Notes: generated by a model not told the origin, from the letters alone. A stretch of 42,361 nucleotides of DNA from Clostridiaceae bacterium (GCA_012521015.1 JAAYNE010000017.1:1-42361), one strand, 5' to 3'. Counted from the first letter of the stretch, positions 28,101-38,288 are shown. Numbers and translations are program-made.

Positions 28101-28583
28101 TTACACCTGTTCATAATTATTATCCATTCTTTGAATTCCCGCTAAAAGCTTTGGCATAAAGGTGAACATTAAATCAATTTCATCCGCTGTAAATTCAGAG
28201 AAGAGACAAAGAATTTGTTTAGTATAATAATCATCCGTATCCCTAAAATGTTTTGCCGTTTTAGGAGTCAAGAAAATACCGCAAGCTCTGCGATCGTTTG
28301 CATCCTGTTTAATCGAAACATAGGACTTTTTTTCGAGGGCCTTAGCCAAAGTTTTGATATTTTGCCTGGACGATCCCATAATCTGCCCGTATCTTGTGAA
28401 AGTTTCGCCTTCCGATACGGAAACTAAAATTAAGAGCATTAACTGCTTTAAAGTTAATTCTTCCATACCGGCATTGTAAATTGTCTCAATACGATTGGTT
28501 ATAACAAAGAGAGAAAAAAACAAAACGGACTTCTTCCCATCAGTTGTTTCTCCTTTTTGCTTAACATAGTCCTCTATTTTCAT
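28101..28583 (-). CDS. MarR family transcriptional regulator
   Basis: LTLKQ...SSRQNI...LEKK.YV....D..DRR...LT winged HTH; start overlaps the stop of the upstream flavodoxin gene. Confidence 0.9.
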   Translation of the reverse strand: MKIEDYVKQKGETTDGKKSVLFFSLFVITNRIETIYNAGMEELTLKQLMLLILVSVSEGETFTRYGQIMGSSRQNIKTLAKALEKKSYVSIKQDANDRRACGIFLTPKTAKHFRDTDDYYTKQILCLFSEFTADEIDLMFTFMPKLLAGIQRMDNNYEQV

Positions 28584-29128
28584 TTATAAGATTCCTCTCT
28601 TACATACTCTATAAGGGGTTTTATAGAGTTCTTATCAATAAAACTGACTTTCTTACCATAAGTACTGATAAGTTGATCTCCGTCTTTCGGTAAATCTTTT
28701 TCATCCTTTCCTTTCAGATATTTGACTAACATCCACATCATGGTTTTGTGTTTGAAGTTTAACTTGCTGTAATCCAGCACACCACGCAGGAAAAAAACCT
28801 TCATTTTCTCAATGGCGGACCCCATGGCCTTAGCAAGATCACTGTAAAGTTTATCTCGATTTTCTTGATCTTCCATATCCGCTATCCCAACCATGAAAAA
28901 GATATATTTTTTATCAGGATATTCTTCTATTATCGGAATCAGCTTCTTGGCAGCCTTTAGCTGTCCTGCATAGACACCTTCTCCGACAATAATGAGATCA
29001 TAATCACTGATGTCATATTTTGACAGATTATCGATGTGATCCGATTGACAAGATAATTCTTCCTGAATCCAACGGGCATATTGTTCTGTACTGCCGTATT
29101 GCGAACGATAAAGGACTAAAGACTTCAT
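28580..29128 (-). CDS. Flavodoxin-domain (HemG-like) protein
   Basis: Y.SQYGSTEQYA FMN loop, YD.IIVG..VYAG, F.LRG.LDY; GGAGG RBS supports ATG 29128. Confidence 0.88.
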   Translation of the reverse strand: MKSLVLYRSQYGSTEQYARWIQEELSCQSDHIDNLSKYDISDYDLIIVGEGVYAGQLKAAKKLIPIIEEYPDKKYIFFMVGIADMEDQENRDKLYSDLAKAMGSAIEKMKVFFLRGVLDYSKLNFKHKTMMWMLVKYLKGKDEKDLPKDGDQLISTYGKKVSFIDKNSIKPLIEYVREESYK

Positions 29129-29137
29129 AGCACCTCC

Positions 29138-29189
29138 CATATAGGTAATATATTACCTATATGCTAACATAAATAGGGACTTAAAGCAA
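29138..29189 (-). promoter_or_regulatory. Sigma-A promoter with perfect 26-bp palindromic operator (likely MarR site)
   Basis: -35 TTGCTT (29189-84), 17 nt, -10 TAGCAT (29166-61); palindrome catataggtaata|tattacctatatg at 29138-29163. Confidence 0.8.
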
Positions 29190-29253
29190 TATGAATAAAC
29201 TAGAGTACTTGCAAAATCCCTGTAAAGTATCACCCTTATTAAACCACAAGCCA

Positions 29254-29298
29254 AAAAAGCAATGATGCAAAAATATATTATTGCATCATTACTTTTTG
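29254..29298. terminator. Intrinsic terminator downstream of lpd
   Basis: aatgatgcaa/ttgcatcatt 10-bp stem flanked by an A6 run and a T5 run. Confidence 0.7.
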
Positions 29299-29539
29299 CA
29301 TATTGTAATGTGTTTGAAGTGATGGCCTGAGATTTATTGGTAAAAGCTGCGAATGACAGAATTTAATAAAGAATTCTCCAATGTACTATTAAACTCTAAG
29401 ATACTCCGTTTGAGTATTTCACCGTCAGTAAAATTATTTGTCAGTGTGTAAATTATTTCATTATTCTTGACCTAAAATAGAAATGTTAAATTTTTCTATA
29501 TTTACAAATTCTGCAAACATAAGCATTAATATGTCCGTT

Positions 29540-30901
29540 CTACAATGTAAAAATTGCTTCGCGAATTACTTCACCAACTGTCGGGTGCGGAAAGATAAAT
29601 TCTTTTATTTCATTGATTGTCATTTGTTTTTCGATCATCATGCCTAAAGGAATTGCTAATTCCGATGCATAACTGCCCAACATATGAGCTCCGATCAAAT
29701 AATTACGTTTGTTATCCACCAATAATTTGATCATGCCATTGCCTCTTTCAACTTCTGCAACATAGCGACCGCTATATGCCAGAGGAAGAGTTAAAGTTCT
29801 ATAATCTAATTCTTTGGCTTTGGCACTTTCTTCCGATTCACCAACAAAACACATTTCAGGATTTGTATACAAAACTGATGGCATAGCTTCATAACGCATT
29901 ACATCTTTTTTACCGAGAATTGTATTGATTGCAACTTCCGCTTCACGATATGCCGCATGCGCCAGCATCCATTTGCCGTTAACATCACCGATAGCATATA
30001 CATTCGGTATATTGGTCAACATTTGATCATCAACTTTGATATTGGCACGATCGCATTCAACACCGATATTCTCTAAACCGATGTCTACAGAAACTGCGCG
30101 TCTGCCGATTGAAATTAAGCAATAATCCGCATCGATTTTTTCTTTTTTGCCTTCGTATTCGTATTCAACATATTTATCACCAAAACCGGTAACCGTGGAA
30201 TTCAATTTAAATTCCAAGCCTTTGGCTTCAAAATTCTTTTGCAACAATTTTCCCAATTCGGCATCGACTGTACCGGCAATATGATCAAGCATTTCAATTA
30301 CGGTTACTTTGGTACCTGCTATTTGGAAATAACTTGCCATCTCTAAACCGATAACACCGCCACCAACAATCACCATTTTTTCCGGAATAACTTCAAGGTC
30401 TAAAATTTCACGGCTGGTTAAAACAAAACCTTTTTCTAAACCTTCTTGCAAACCGTCAATCGGTGGTTTTACAACTTCGGAACCGGAAGCGATAATCAGA
30501 TTTTTTCCCTGATATTCTTTGCCGTCGGCTTCGACTGTTATCACACCGTTTTGGCGACTTTTAATGGTAGCTTTTGCTGCAACAACTTCAACCTTATTGC
30601 GTTTCATGGTCATTGCCACGCCGCTGACCAGCTTTTTGACAACTTTATTTTTGCGTTTGATAACTTTCGCCTGGTCGATTTTTGCATTTTCTGAAGTAAC
30701 ACCGTATGCTGATCCGTCAGTTGCATGTTCATATATTTTCGCTGAATTCAAAAGTGTTTTGGATGGAACACAACCCTCATTTAAACAAACCCCGCCGAGA
30801 TTTCTTTTCTCGAACAGACAGACTTTCAAACCATTTTCACCGGCTCTTTGGGCTGCTAAATAGCCACCGGGACCGCCGCCAATTACTAAAACATCGTGCA
30901 T
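29540..30901 (-). CDS. lpd: Dihydrolipoamide dehydrogenase
   Basis: GGGPGGY, GGVCLNEGCVPSK redox disulfide, GGGVIGLE, YAIGD, LAH, HPTVGE. Confidence 0.95.
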   Translation of the reverse strand: MHDVLVIGGGPGGYLAAQRAGENGLKVCLFEKRNLGGVCLNEGCVPSKTLLNSAKIYEHATDGSAYGVTSENAKIDQAKVIKRKNKVVKKLVSGVAMTMKRNKVEVVAAKATIKSRQNGVITVEADGKEYQGKNLIIASGSEVVKPPIDGLQEGLEKGFVLTSREILDLEVIPEKMVIVGGGVIGLEMASYFQIAGTKVTVIEMLDHIAGTVDAELGKLLQKNFEAKGLEFKLNSTVTGFGDKYVEYEYEGKKEKIDADYCLISIGRRAVSVDIGLENIGVECDRANIKVDDQMLTNIPNVYAIGDVNGKWMLAHAAYREAEVAINTILGKKDVMRYEAMPSVLYTNPEMCFVGESEESAKAKELDYRTLTLPLAYSGRYVAEVERGNGMIKLLVDNKRNYLIGAHMLGSYASELAIPLGMMIEKQMTINEIKEFIFPHPTVGEVIREAIFTL

Positions 30902-31076
30902 ATTTTATTGGCCTCTGTTTTCCTTTTTAAAATTCCACGGATAATTTAAGCATTATTGATAACCTTTCTCTCACTACAATAAATCTGGACTTATTCCAAA
31001 TAAGAAAAGCTATCATAAAAACAAAAAAATATAAATATATACTTAATTAAAAATCTATAAATTTACAATCTGTCAA

Positions 31077-31223
31077 TCACTCTTGTTTAGATTTTATCCT
31101 GTCTTTTTCGGATATTATTTTGATTACTTTACAAGGTTACATCTGCAACAGATAAATTTGCAGGAATGTCTTTTATTACAACACTTCCTACTCCAATAAT
31201 TCCAATACGAACTTTTTTTTCAT
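31077..31223 (-). pseudogene. Chimeric remnant: Gfo/Idh/MocA-like start joined to sugar O-acetyltransferase C-terminus
   Basis: ATG-A8(frameshift)-VRIGIIGVGSVVIKDIPANLSVADV, then after a frameshift PCKVIKIISEKDRIKSKQE*. Confidence 0.55.
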
Positions 31224-31315
31224 CTCTTCCCAACATTTACTTTTGCACTGTAAACTTAAAAATTAAGAATAGATCCGAAAATCACTCCTGTGGTTAGTTT
31301 TAAAATAATATTTAT

Positions 31316-32491
31316 TTACTTTACTTCCCAGAGTTTCCAATTTTTGTCCATTGGATCTGTAATGACACAAGTTGTAGTCATTTTATAAGGCTTTCCTGAG
31401 CTTGCTGAAATATCAAATGCCTGCATTGCTTCAACAACATGGAGTGAAAGATCTGAACTAAGCCGGGATTTTCTATTATTTAACAATGCTACAGCCATAT
31501 CCGACACACCAAGACCTCTCATATTGACATTGTGTGTAGGCTCGAAAGGAAACATTAAGTCAATTTCATTCAAACAAGATTCCGTATTTTCAATCATGGT
31601 AATGACCTTTGCCGGATGTGGTTCTTGCACTCTATCAACAATATCTTTTAGTTTTTCACCATCAAAAAATTGTACAGGACCTGAAAAATAATTCGGATCA
31701 GGAGCCGTAATGCTACCTTTCGTTCCATAAAATTCTAAGAGAGGCAAAGATGAATTCCAAATGTCAAAACTCATCGTTACTGTACCTGTTGCTCCATTAC
31801 ATAACTTAATAATAGCTGTATAGTGTGTGGATACTTCAGTTTGTTGCATTTTTCCCAAAATGTTCCGCATTGGACGTCCTGAGGTAGCAAAACATGATAT
31901 TTCTTCAATCGGTCCTAATAAGTAAATCAAAGCAGTCAAATAATATGGTCCCATATCCCAAACCGGCCCACCACCTTTTTGATAATAAAATCCCGGATTA
32001 GGATGCCATAACTCATGACCTGAAGAAGTCATGTTTGCAGTAAATCCTGTGGGTTTACCGATTTTTCCACTATCAATAAGTGATCTTACTGTTTGTATTC
32101 CGGATCCTAAAAAAGTATCAGGTGCACTAACGCACATAAGATTTCTTTTGTTCGCTTCTTCAACCAATTCTTTTGCTTCATCAGTTTCTAAAGCGAGCGG
32201 TTTCTCACAATACACATGTTTATTCGAATTGAGAATTTGTTTGTTTATTGAATAATGTGCCATAGGAATTGTTAAATTTAATACAATACTAATATCGGGA
32301 TCTGCAAGAAGTTCTTCTGTACTACATGCTTTTACAAAATCATATTTTTCTGTAACCTCTTTCGCTTTTTCCGGAAAATAATCCGACACCGCAACTAATC
32401 TGAGATTTTTATAATTTTGCACAATATTTTCTATGTACACATGACTGATTGTGCCACAGCCTATCACACCTACGTTAATGAAACTATTCAT
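31316..32491 (-). CDS. Gfo/Idh/MocA NAD-dependent oxidoreductase
   Basis: VGVIGCGTIS, LNLTIP..H, KHVYCEKP, APDTFLG, GHELWHPNP, GGPVWDMGPYY. Confidence 0.93.
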   Translation of the reverse strand: MNSFINVGVIGCGTISHVYIENIVQNYKNLRLVAVSDYFPEKAKEVTEKYDFVKACSTEELLADPDISIVLNLTIPMAHYSINKQILNSNKHVYCEKPLALETDEAKELVEEANKRNLMCVSAPDTFLGSGIQTVRSLIDSGKIGKPTGFTANMTSSGHELWHPNPGFYYQKGGGPVWDMGPYYLTALIYLLGPIEEISCFATSGRPMRNILGKMQQTEVSTHYTAIIKLCNGATGTVTMSFDIWNSSLPLLEFYGTKGSITAPDPNYFSGPVQFFDGEKLKDIVDRVQEPHPAKVITMIENTESCLNEIDLMFPFEPTHNVNMRGLGVSDMAVALLNNRKSRLSSDLSLHVVEAMQAFDISASSGKPYKMTTTCVITDPMDKNWKLWEVK

Positions 32492-32660
32492 GATCTTCCT
32501 CCAAAATTCTATAGTTGTTGAATTGATATTAGGTTATCTGATATATTTTACTTTGTTCGTAATTTGCTAAAATATTTTGGCGAGTTAATACTTTTTCATT
32601 AAAAATCTAAAAATCGCTTCTATTGTTTCTGTATGATTTATGAATAACTAATAAGAACTG

Positions 32661-32713
32661 ATACACTGTACCTGATAATACAATAATATATCATTTTGTG
32701 TATTTCTTTTCAA
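32661..32713 (-). promoter_or_regulatory. Sigma-A promoter with downstream operator-like motif (copy 1)
   Basis: -35 TTGAAA (32713-08), 17 nt, TG-A-TATATT (-10 at 32690-85), then CAGGTACAGTGTAT (32674-61). Confidence 0.65.
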
Positions 32714-33085
32714 ACAAGGTTTTCCTATCCCCTGAAATTCAGCTTAAAAAATATAACATTTAGTATAAAAAGACTTTCTAAATAGTTTTTCAACCATCTA
32801 ATCTCCGAGGCTACAATACTATCATGATCGATAATTCCGGCAGTACATAAACCGGATTTCGCCTAAACATAGACCATAGTAGTTGGAGAATACATCGAGA
32901 ATGAATACGTCGTGTGAACTTTGTGCTATGATTTAATTAAATTTAAGTCTCTAATATAGGTAAAATAAGAGCTATATTTAAACAACATAGGGAAAGAAAT
33001 AAGAACTATCTTCAACTTTGCCAATAATTTGTCTATCAACAAAAATTAAATATAAATCCTATCTTTGTTTTACTGCGGAGGATCT

Positions 33086-34009
33086 ATGTTGGAAAAAACT
33101 ATTTTCAATCTATTAGTTCGTATTTTTCTACTAATAGCTTTAGGATATTTTATCAAACGAAAAAAATTAATTGACAATAACATTCAAAAATCTCTGTCCC
33201 GATTATTAATTACTGTTTTTTTACCTGCAAATATTATTGCTTCTGCAAACAGTCCTTACAATGTGGATATGATTGAGGATTTCAAATCTGCTGCATCTGT
33301 TTCACTTATATATTACATTGTTTCTTATGTCATTCTTTTATTTGTTTTACGTAAACTACCAAACAAAATGAATCGAGATAAACAAAACATTTTCCTCACC
33401 AGCGTAATATTCCCTAACGTTGGTAATATGGGGTATCCGGTAATTGCCAGTTTACTTGGTGACCAAGCAATGATTATTGCTGTTATTTGTAATCTAATTT
33501 GGCAATTAGTTTTTTTCACAATCGGTATATCTATTTTAAAAGATGAGAAATCAATTAATCTTATAGATGTAATAAAAAATCCGTTAACACTCAGTGCCGT
33601 TCTTGCTTTAATTCTATATTTTTCCCCTTTCCGGTTGCCTGAAGCAATATATTTACCTTTATCAGATGTTGGAAAAATTGTTACACCAATCTCTATGATC
33701 TTAATCGGAGCAATTTTAAGTGACATATCATTAAAATCATTGCTTAATGATCAAGCTAGTTTTGTTGTAGCGGGGCTGCGTCTATTGGTTATTCCGATTT
33801 CAGTAATCTTTATTTTGAAACAACTTAATATTTCAATATTATCTTATCAGACAATTGTTATTTTATTTGCAATGCCTACCGCATCAACTGTTACAATTCA
33901 AGCAACACTTTATGATAAGGAACCTGCTTTTGCTGCACGAATTACTTCACTAAATACCGCTTTATTTGCATTATCCTTTCCGTTAATCCTGTATTTGATG
34001 AATTTGTAA
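33086..34009 (+). CDS. AEC (auxin efflux carrier) family transporter
   Basis: 10 TMs; FLPA, FPNVGNMGYP, KNP, PISMILIG, LRLL..P, MPTA; GGAGG supports ATG 33086. Confidence 0.92.
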   Translation: MLEKTIFNLLVRIFLLIALGYFIKRKKLIDNNIQKSLSRLLITVFLPANIIASANSPYNVDMIEDFKSAASVSLIYYIVSYVILLFVLRKLPNKMNRDKQNIFLTSVIFPNVGNMGYPVIASLLGDQAMIIAVICNLIWQLVFFTIGISILKDEKSINLIDVIKNPLTLSAVLALILYFSPFRLPEAIYLPLSDVGKIVTPISMILIGAILSDISLKSLLNDQASFVVAGLRLLVIPISVIFILKQLNISILSYQTIVILFAMPTASTVTIQATLYDKEPAFAARITSLNTALFALSFPLILYLMNL

Positions 34010-34051
34010 TCCCTCAGTTTTTTATTTCTAGTTGTAGAACAGAAAACAGGA

Positions 34052-37036
34052 TTAGTGAATTTTTTTACCACATTCTCTGCAAAATGTATCATTAGGCCCA
34101 ATCTTATTACCACAATTTCCGCAAAATAAGATTTTTTCTTCCGCTGTTGATAAGTCATCTTCCTGCTTTTGCTTATATTGATCATTAAATTGAGTTTGCA
34201 ATTTTGAATTATCAGCATCTTGATTTGGCTTAAATTGCTGCTCCGTTTGGAAGATTGTTTGTTGTACGACAACTTGATCCGCCGCTTTTTGTGGTTTTTC
34301 TACTTGTACTTGTTTTTGTTGTTGTGCTTGTTGCTGTTTTAGTCTTTGTTTTTGTTCTTTTAATTCTTTTTTATGTTGTTTTTTATTCTTCTTGATACGT
34401 TTTTCGGTTAAAATTTTATTGTTATAATTTTTGATTAGTTGGCGACGCTCGGACCTTTTTGGATATGCATATTTGATTAATGATTGTTTTTTGTGTAAGG
34501 ATAATATTACAAGCAAAAGAATTATCATTAATATGACAATCACAGATATTAGAATATAAACGAAAGTATTTGATACATAATTAACTATTGTTGATAACAG
34601 AACACCTTGAGTCGACATGTTAATAACCTCTCCTGTTTCAGAAATACTGATTATTCCTTTAGCCATTCCACTTTGCCAGTGATAGTAGCTACCTACTGTT
34701 AAATTATCAAATTGAACTTTTCCTTTATCGGATACCGGTGCACTGGAAACGAAATTACCTTGACCATCAAGTATGCTCACGGTATATCCGCTTAATCCCT
34801 TACCCAGCATTAAAGTTGTCGGCACATTTTCTTTAATTTCAAAAGAATCGACTGTTTCAATAATTGCACCCGAAACTTCAGAGGATTCAGAAACTCTCTT
34901 GTAGGTTCCCCCTGTATCTTCCGCCAAGTTTTTCAAAAAATCTAAAGCCTGTACATCATCACCAATCGCAATTGAATATACTGACCAAAAAGCTTGATCC
35001 GGCAAAACGGTATCTATTGTGGAATATTCTTGATCAATAGATATTGAAGTTGTTTTTAGAATATTCAAAATGTCATCATAAGTGTAATTGGTATTTGGTT
35101 CAGGATCTAAAGCAGGCGCATCGCCCATCAAAATAATAAATTTAGAGCTGTTACTACGCCAATTCATTCTGCAAGCAGTCATCAAACCGGAAAATACTGT
35201 TTCCGCATCATCTCCACCATAACCTAGACCTACATCATCCAAACTCCTAGAAATCATATTTGCATCATTAGTAAATGGCATTAAAATTTCAGAAGGATAA
35301 TCGGCAGGATCACCGGTTCTTTCCGGGAAATCCCGATATGATACAAATGCAATTCTATAGTTTTCAGATTTATTCTGAACTGCTGTAATAATTTCCGAAA
35401 TGCTGTTTTTTACATCTGCTATATCATCTTCCATTGATCTGGTGGTATCGATCACAAAACATAAATCCAAACCGGATCTCGAACCTGATACTATAGGAAC
35501 ATTATCTTCACTTTCAGTATTAAGTGCAATGTCCGCCGCAGCATCTGCTTGAATTAATGGTTTGCCATGTGTCTCATCATATTTATAATCGCCGGTTGCT
35601 GTATTGACAATTATATTCTTTAATTGAGGTCCGGTTAAATCCGGATTCAGTTGTAACAATAATCCCGCTAAACCGCTAACGTGCGGTGTAGCCATAGATG
35701 TGCCCCTCTTAGATACAACTTTGCCGTCCCAAGATAAACTATAAATATCCTCACCCGGTGCCACCACATCCACTCGCTCTCCGATTCCCGAAAAGCTGGA
35801 ATAACGCATCGCAGAATTCTGATCAAGACCGACCGAACCCACTACAATAATTCGAGATTTGATCTCATCGTCAGTAATTTTACTGAAACAACTTGCCCAT
35901 TGTGCATCAGATAAAATTGATTCCGATTTTTTTAACCAAAAACGGCACGGTGGGATTCTGCCAGAATGCAAATAGTATCCGTAGTAACTTGCTTCATCTG
36001 CATAGAATTTTTGATTAGAAGTGTTTCCTGCAGCAGCACAAATTAAAAAATCGTGACCATTATCAATCAGTTTTTTAAGACCTTGTCCGACAATATTATT
36101 CATATCTTCAATCAGCTTGATCGCTGATTGATTACCCTTTTGAGCTGCAATGATAATCTCATCTCGAAATCCTGCGGAATAGTTAATAACTTTAATCTTT
36201 TCGTCCACCACCATTTTATGAATAATGGCTAAGACATCAGAAGTAGCACTAAAAAGATCACCGCTAATTAATTTATTATTGGTACAAACCCCTGATACTG
36301 CGGTTTTATTATTAAATGTCGCTGCCATCGTACCGGCAACATGCATACCATGATTTGATTTCGAATTTTTGTTTTCTGCTACACCTTGTTCTAGGTGAAC
36401 CACTTCTTTCAAATCCGAAGGTGAACTTTCCAAAGGCGTATCAATAATGCCTAGATTTACTGTATTATCTCCCGTAATTTTTGGCCATGCTTGAGGTGCC
36501 CGTATAGCTTCTATACCCCAATTTCTACCTTCCGGTTTTTCTGTCCATTCTACTTCAACTGTTTCATCATCACTCCACGGATCATTGGGAATCAAGAACT
36601 TTGTTTCTTGCTCAACTATTTCATTGAGATTTATCATGTCAAAAAGATTTGAATCTTCCAAAATGGTTAATAATTTTTCTATTGCAGCATAATCCTCATA
36701 ACGTGAGAAATAAACTCTGTATAGCTGCATTGCTTCAAGATGCTCAACTATTTCACCATTATATCGCTCAACTAAATCTATAACTTGTTGGTTCGTCGTA
36801 GTATTTTTAGAAAATAGTAAAACCTCACCTTTTAAAAATTTGCGTCCGCTTACCGGATCTACTGTCATTTCTTCTTCTGCCGGAAGCTCTGAGCAATATG
36901 GCTGATCATCTTCACCAGTATATTTGATTGCTTCTGAGCTATCAGGACCATAATCTTTCAGCATAAAATGAGCAAGAGTTATACATAGCAAAAAAAGTAT
37001 CAGCAATATTAATATTGTTGTAAGAATTTTTTTCAC
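34052..37036 (-). CDS. Membrane-anchored S8 subtilase - vWA - TM - coiled coil - zinc-ribbon protein
   Basis: Triad IIDT / HGMHVAG / GTSMATPHVSG, oxyanion AAGN; vWA DLCFVIDTTRSM (MIDAS), YRD, GDAP; TM FVYILISVIVILMIILLLVIL; C-terminal CGNCG-x-FCRECG. Confidence 0.88.
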   Translation of the reverse strand: MKKILTTILILLILFLLCITLAHFMLKDYGPDSSEAIKYTGEDDQPYCSELPAEEEMTVDPVSGRKFLKGEVLLFSKNTTTNQQVIDLVERYNGEIVEHLEAMQLYRVYFSRYEDYAAIEKLLTILEDSNLFDMINLNEIVEQETKFLIPNDPWSDDETVEVEWTEKPEGRNWGIEAIRAPQAWPKITGDNTVNLGIIDTPLESSPSDLKEVVHLEQGVAENKNSKSNHGMHVAGTMAATFNNKTAVSGVCTNNKLISGDLFSATSDVLAIIHKMVVDEKIKVINYSAGFRDEIIIAAQKGNQSAIKLIEDMNNIVGQGLKKLIDNGHDFLICAAAGNTSNQKFYADEASYYGYYLHSGRIPPCRFWLKKSESILSDAQWASCFSKITDDEIKSRIIVVGSVGLDQNSAMRYSSFSGIGERVDVVAPGEDIYSLSWDGKVVSKRGTSMATPHVSGLAGLLLQLNPDLTGPQLKNIIVNTATGDYKYDETHGKPLIQADAAADIALNTESEDNVPIVSGSRSGLDLCFVIDTTRSMEDDIADVKNSISEIITAVQNKSENYRIAFVSYRDFPERTGDPADYPSEILMPFTNDANMISRSLDDVGLGYGGDDAETVFSGLMTACRMNWRSNSSKFIILMGDAPALDPEPNTNYTYDDILNILKTTSISIDQEYSTIDTVLPDQAFWSVYSIAIGDDVQALDFLKNLAEDTGGTYKRVSESSEVSGAIIETVDSFEIKENVPTTLMLGKGLSGYTVSILDGQGNFVSSAPVSDKGKVQFDNLTVGSYYHWQSGMAKGIISISETGEVINMSTQGVLLSTIVNYVSNTFVYILISVIVILMIILLLVILSLHKKQSLIKYAYPKRSERRQLIKNYNNKILTEKRIKKNKKQHKKELKEQKQRLKQQQAQQQKQVQVEKPQKAADQVVVQQTIFQTEQQFKPNQDADNSKLQTQFNDQYKQKQEDDLSTAEEKILFCGNCGNKIGPNDTFCRECGKKIH

Positions 37037-37128
37037 TATAACTCCTGCTCAATAAACAGTCTATTGAAATAAAACTTTCAATTATCTCTTACAATTTCAC
37101 ATTCTTAACAAATGATCTGTGATTTCAA

Positions 37129-38277
37129 TTATAGATTAACCCAAGCAGCATCTTTTTCGCTACTTTTTACACATGCATGAATAAACTTTACACCTTCAAT
37201 GCCATCTTCAATTGACGGGAAATCGCGATCTTCTTTTGAAAGTTCTTCTCCATTTGCTTTTTTCAAAATTGCACCTATCCAATTTTTATAGATGTTTGCA
37301 AAAGCGACATACAAACCTTCTGGGTGGCCGGTAGGCAAACGATTTATTTTCTGAGCTACATCAGATAAATAAGCCATACCCCTATGATATATTTGAACAG
37401 GTTGTCCTTTTTTCGCCACAATAAGGGTATTTGGCTCTTCTTGAACCCATTCAATAGATCCTTCCGTACCGAATATTCTCACAACTAAACCGTTTCTATA
37501 TCCAACACAAACCTGTGAAGAACAAAAAACTCCGTGTGCACCGTTTTCGAATTCTACCAGAATATTTGCATTTAAATCTAAAGGTTGTCCGAAATAATCC
37601 AGTTTGGCAGCAACTCTTTTCAAACGTAATCCTGTAATATACGAAACTGTATTCTCAATATGACTTCCAATATCTCCAACACAATTGGAAATTCCGGCAA
37701 TCTCAGGATTTTTGCGCCAAGAAGATAACTTAGTTATTGTTTGATCTCCCTTTCCGATATCATCGACAAGATATTCTTGGAGATATTCAGCGTTTACATT
37801 GATAATATCCCCGATATGTCCACTTTGAACCAGTTCGCGTGCTTCTTTGACCAGATTGTTTCCTGAATAAGAGTAGTTTACACAAAATAGTAAGTCTTTT
37901 TCTTCGACCAGAGACTTTAGATGCTCTGCTTCACTTATTTCAAAACATAATGGTTTTTCACATAATACACTAATTCCATTTTCAAGGAATGCTTTTGCTA
38001 TTTCATAATGAGCATTGTTCGGTGTGGAAATTGTAACAAAATCAATTTTATCCTCTCTTGCTCCTTCTTTTTCTGCCATCTCTTGATAATCTGAATATAC
38101 GCGATTCGGATCTATTTGATAAAATTCTCCGCTCTCCTGATTTTTTTCTTTATTACGGCTAAAACAACCTGCACTTAAGCAAGCCAAACCGTCAAAACCG
38201 GCTCCTACAGTATGAACTGCTCCGATAAATGAATCTAAACTTGCTCCAACTATTCCGTAACGCACAATTTTCTTCAT
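37129..38277 (-). CDS. Gfo/Idh/MocA NAD-dependent oxidoreductase (different subfamily from the other two)
   Basis: YGIVGA...FIG.VH, STPNNAH, VLCEKP, SWR..P..AG..CVGDIGSH, P.GHPEG. Confidence 0.92.
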   Translation of the reverse strand: MKKIVRYGIVGASLDSFIGAVHTVGAGFDGLACLSAGCFSRNKEKNQESGEFYQIDPNRVYSDYQEMAEKEGAREDKIDFVTISTPNNAHYEIAKAFLENGISVLCEKPLCFEISEAEHLKSLVEEKDLLFCVNYSYSGNNLVKEARELVQSGHIGDIINVNAEYLQEYLVDDIGKGDQTITKLSSWRKNPEIAGISNCVGDIGSHIENTVSYITGLRLKRVAAKLDYFGQPLDLNANILVEFENGAHGVFCSSQVCVGYRNGLVVRIFGTEGSIEWVQEEPNTLIVAKKGQPVQIYHRGMAYLSDVAQKINRLPTGHPEGLYVAFANIYKNWIGAILKKANGEELSKEDRDFPSIEDGIEGVKFIHACVKSSEKDAAWVNL

Positions 38278-38288
38278 GTTATTACTCC

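Noticed and set aside
32806-32913. Fragment GYNTIMIDNSGST* resembling a vWA MIDAS or aldolase motif
   Set aside because: Too short, interrupted by stops and ambiguous between families.
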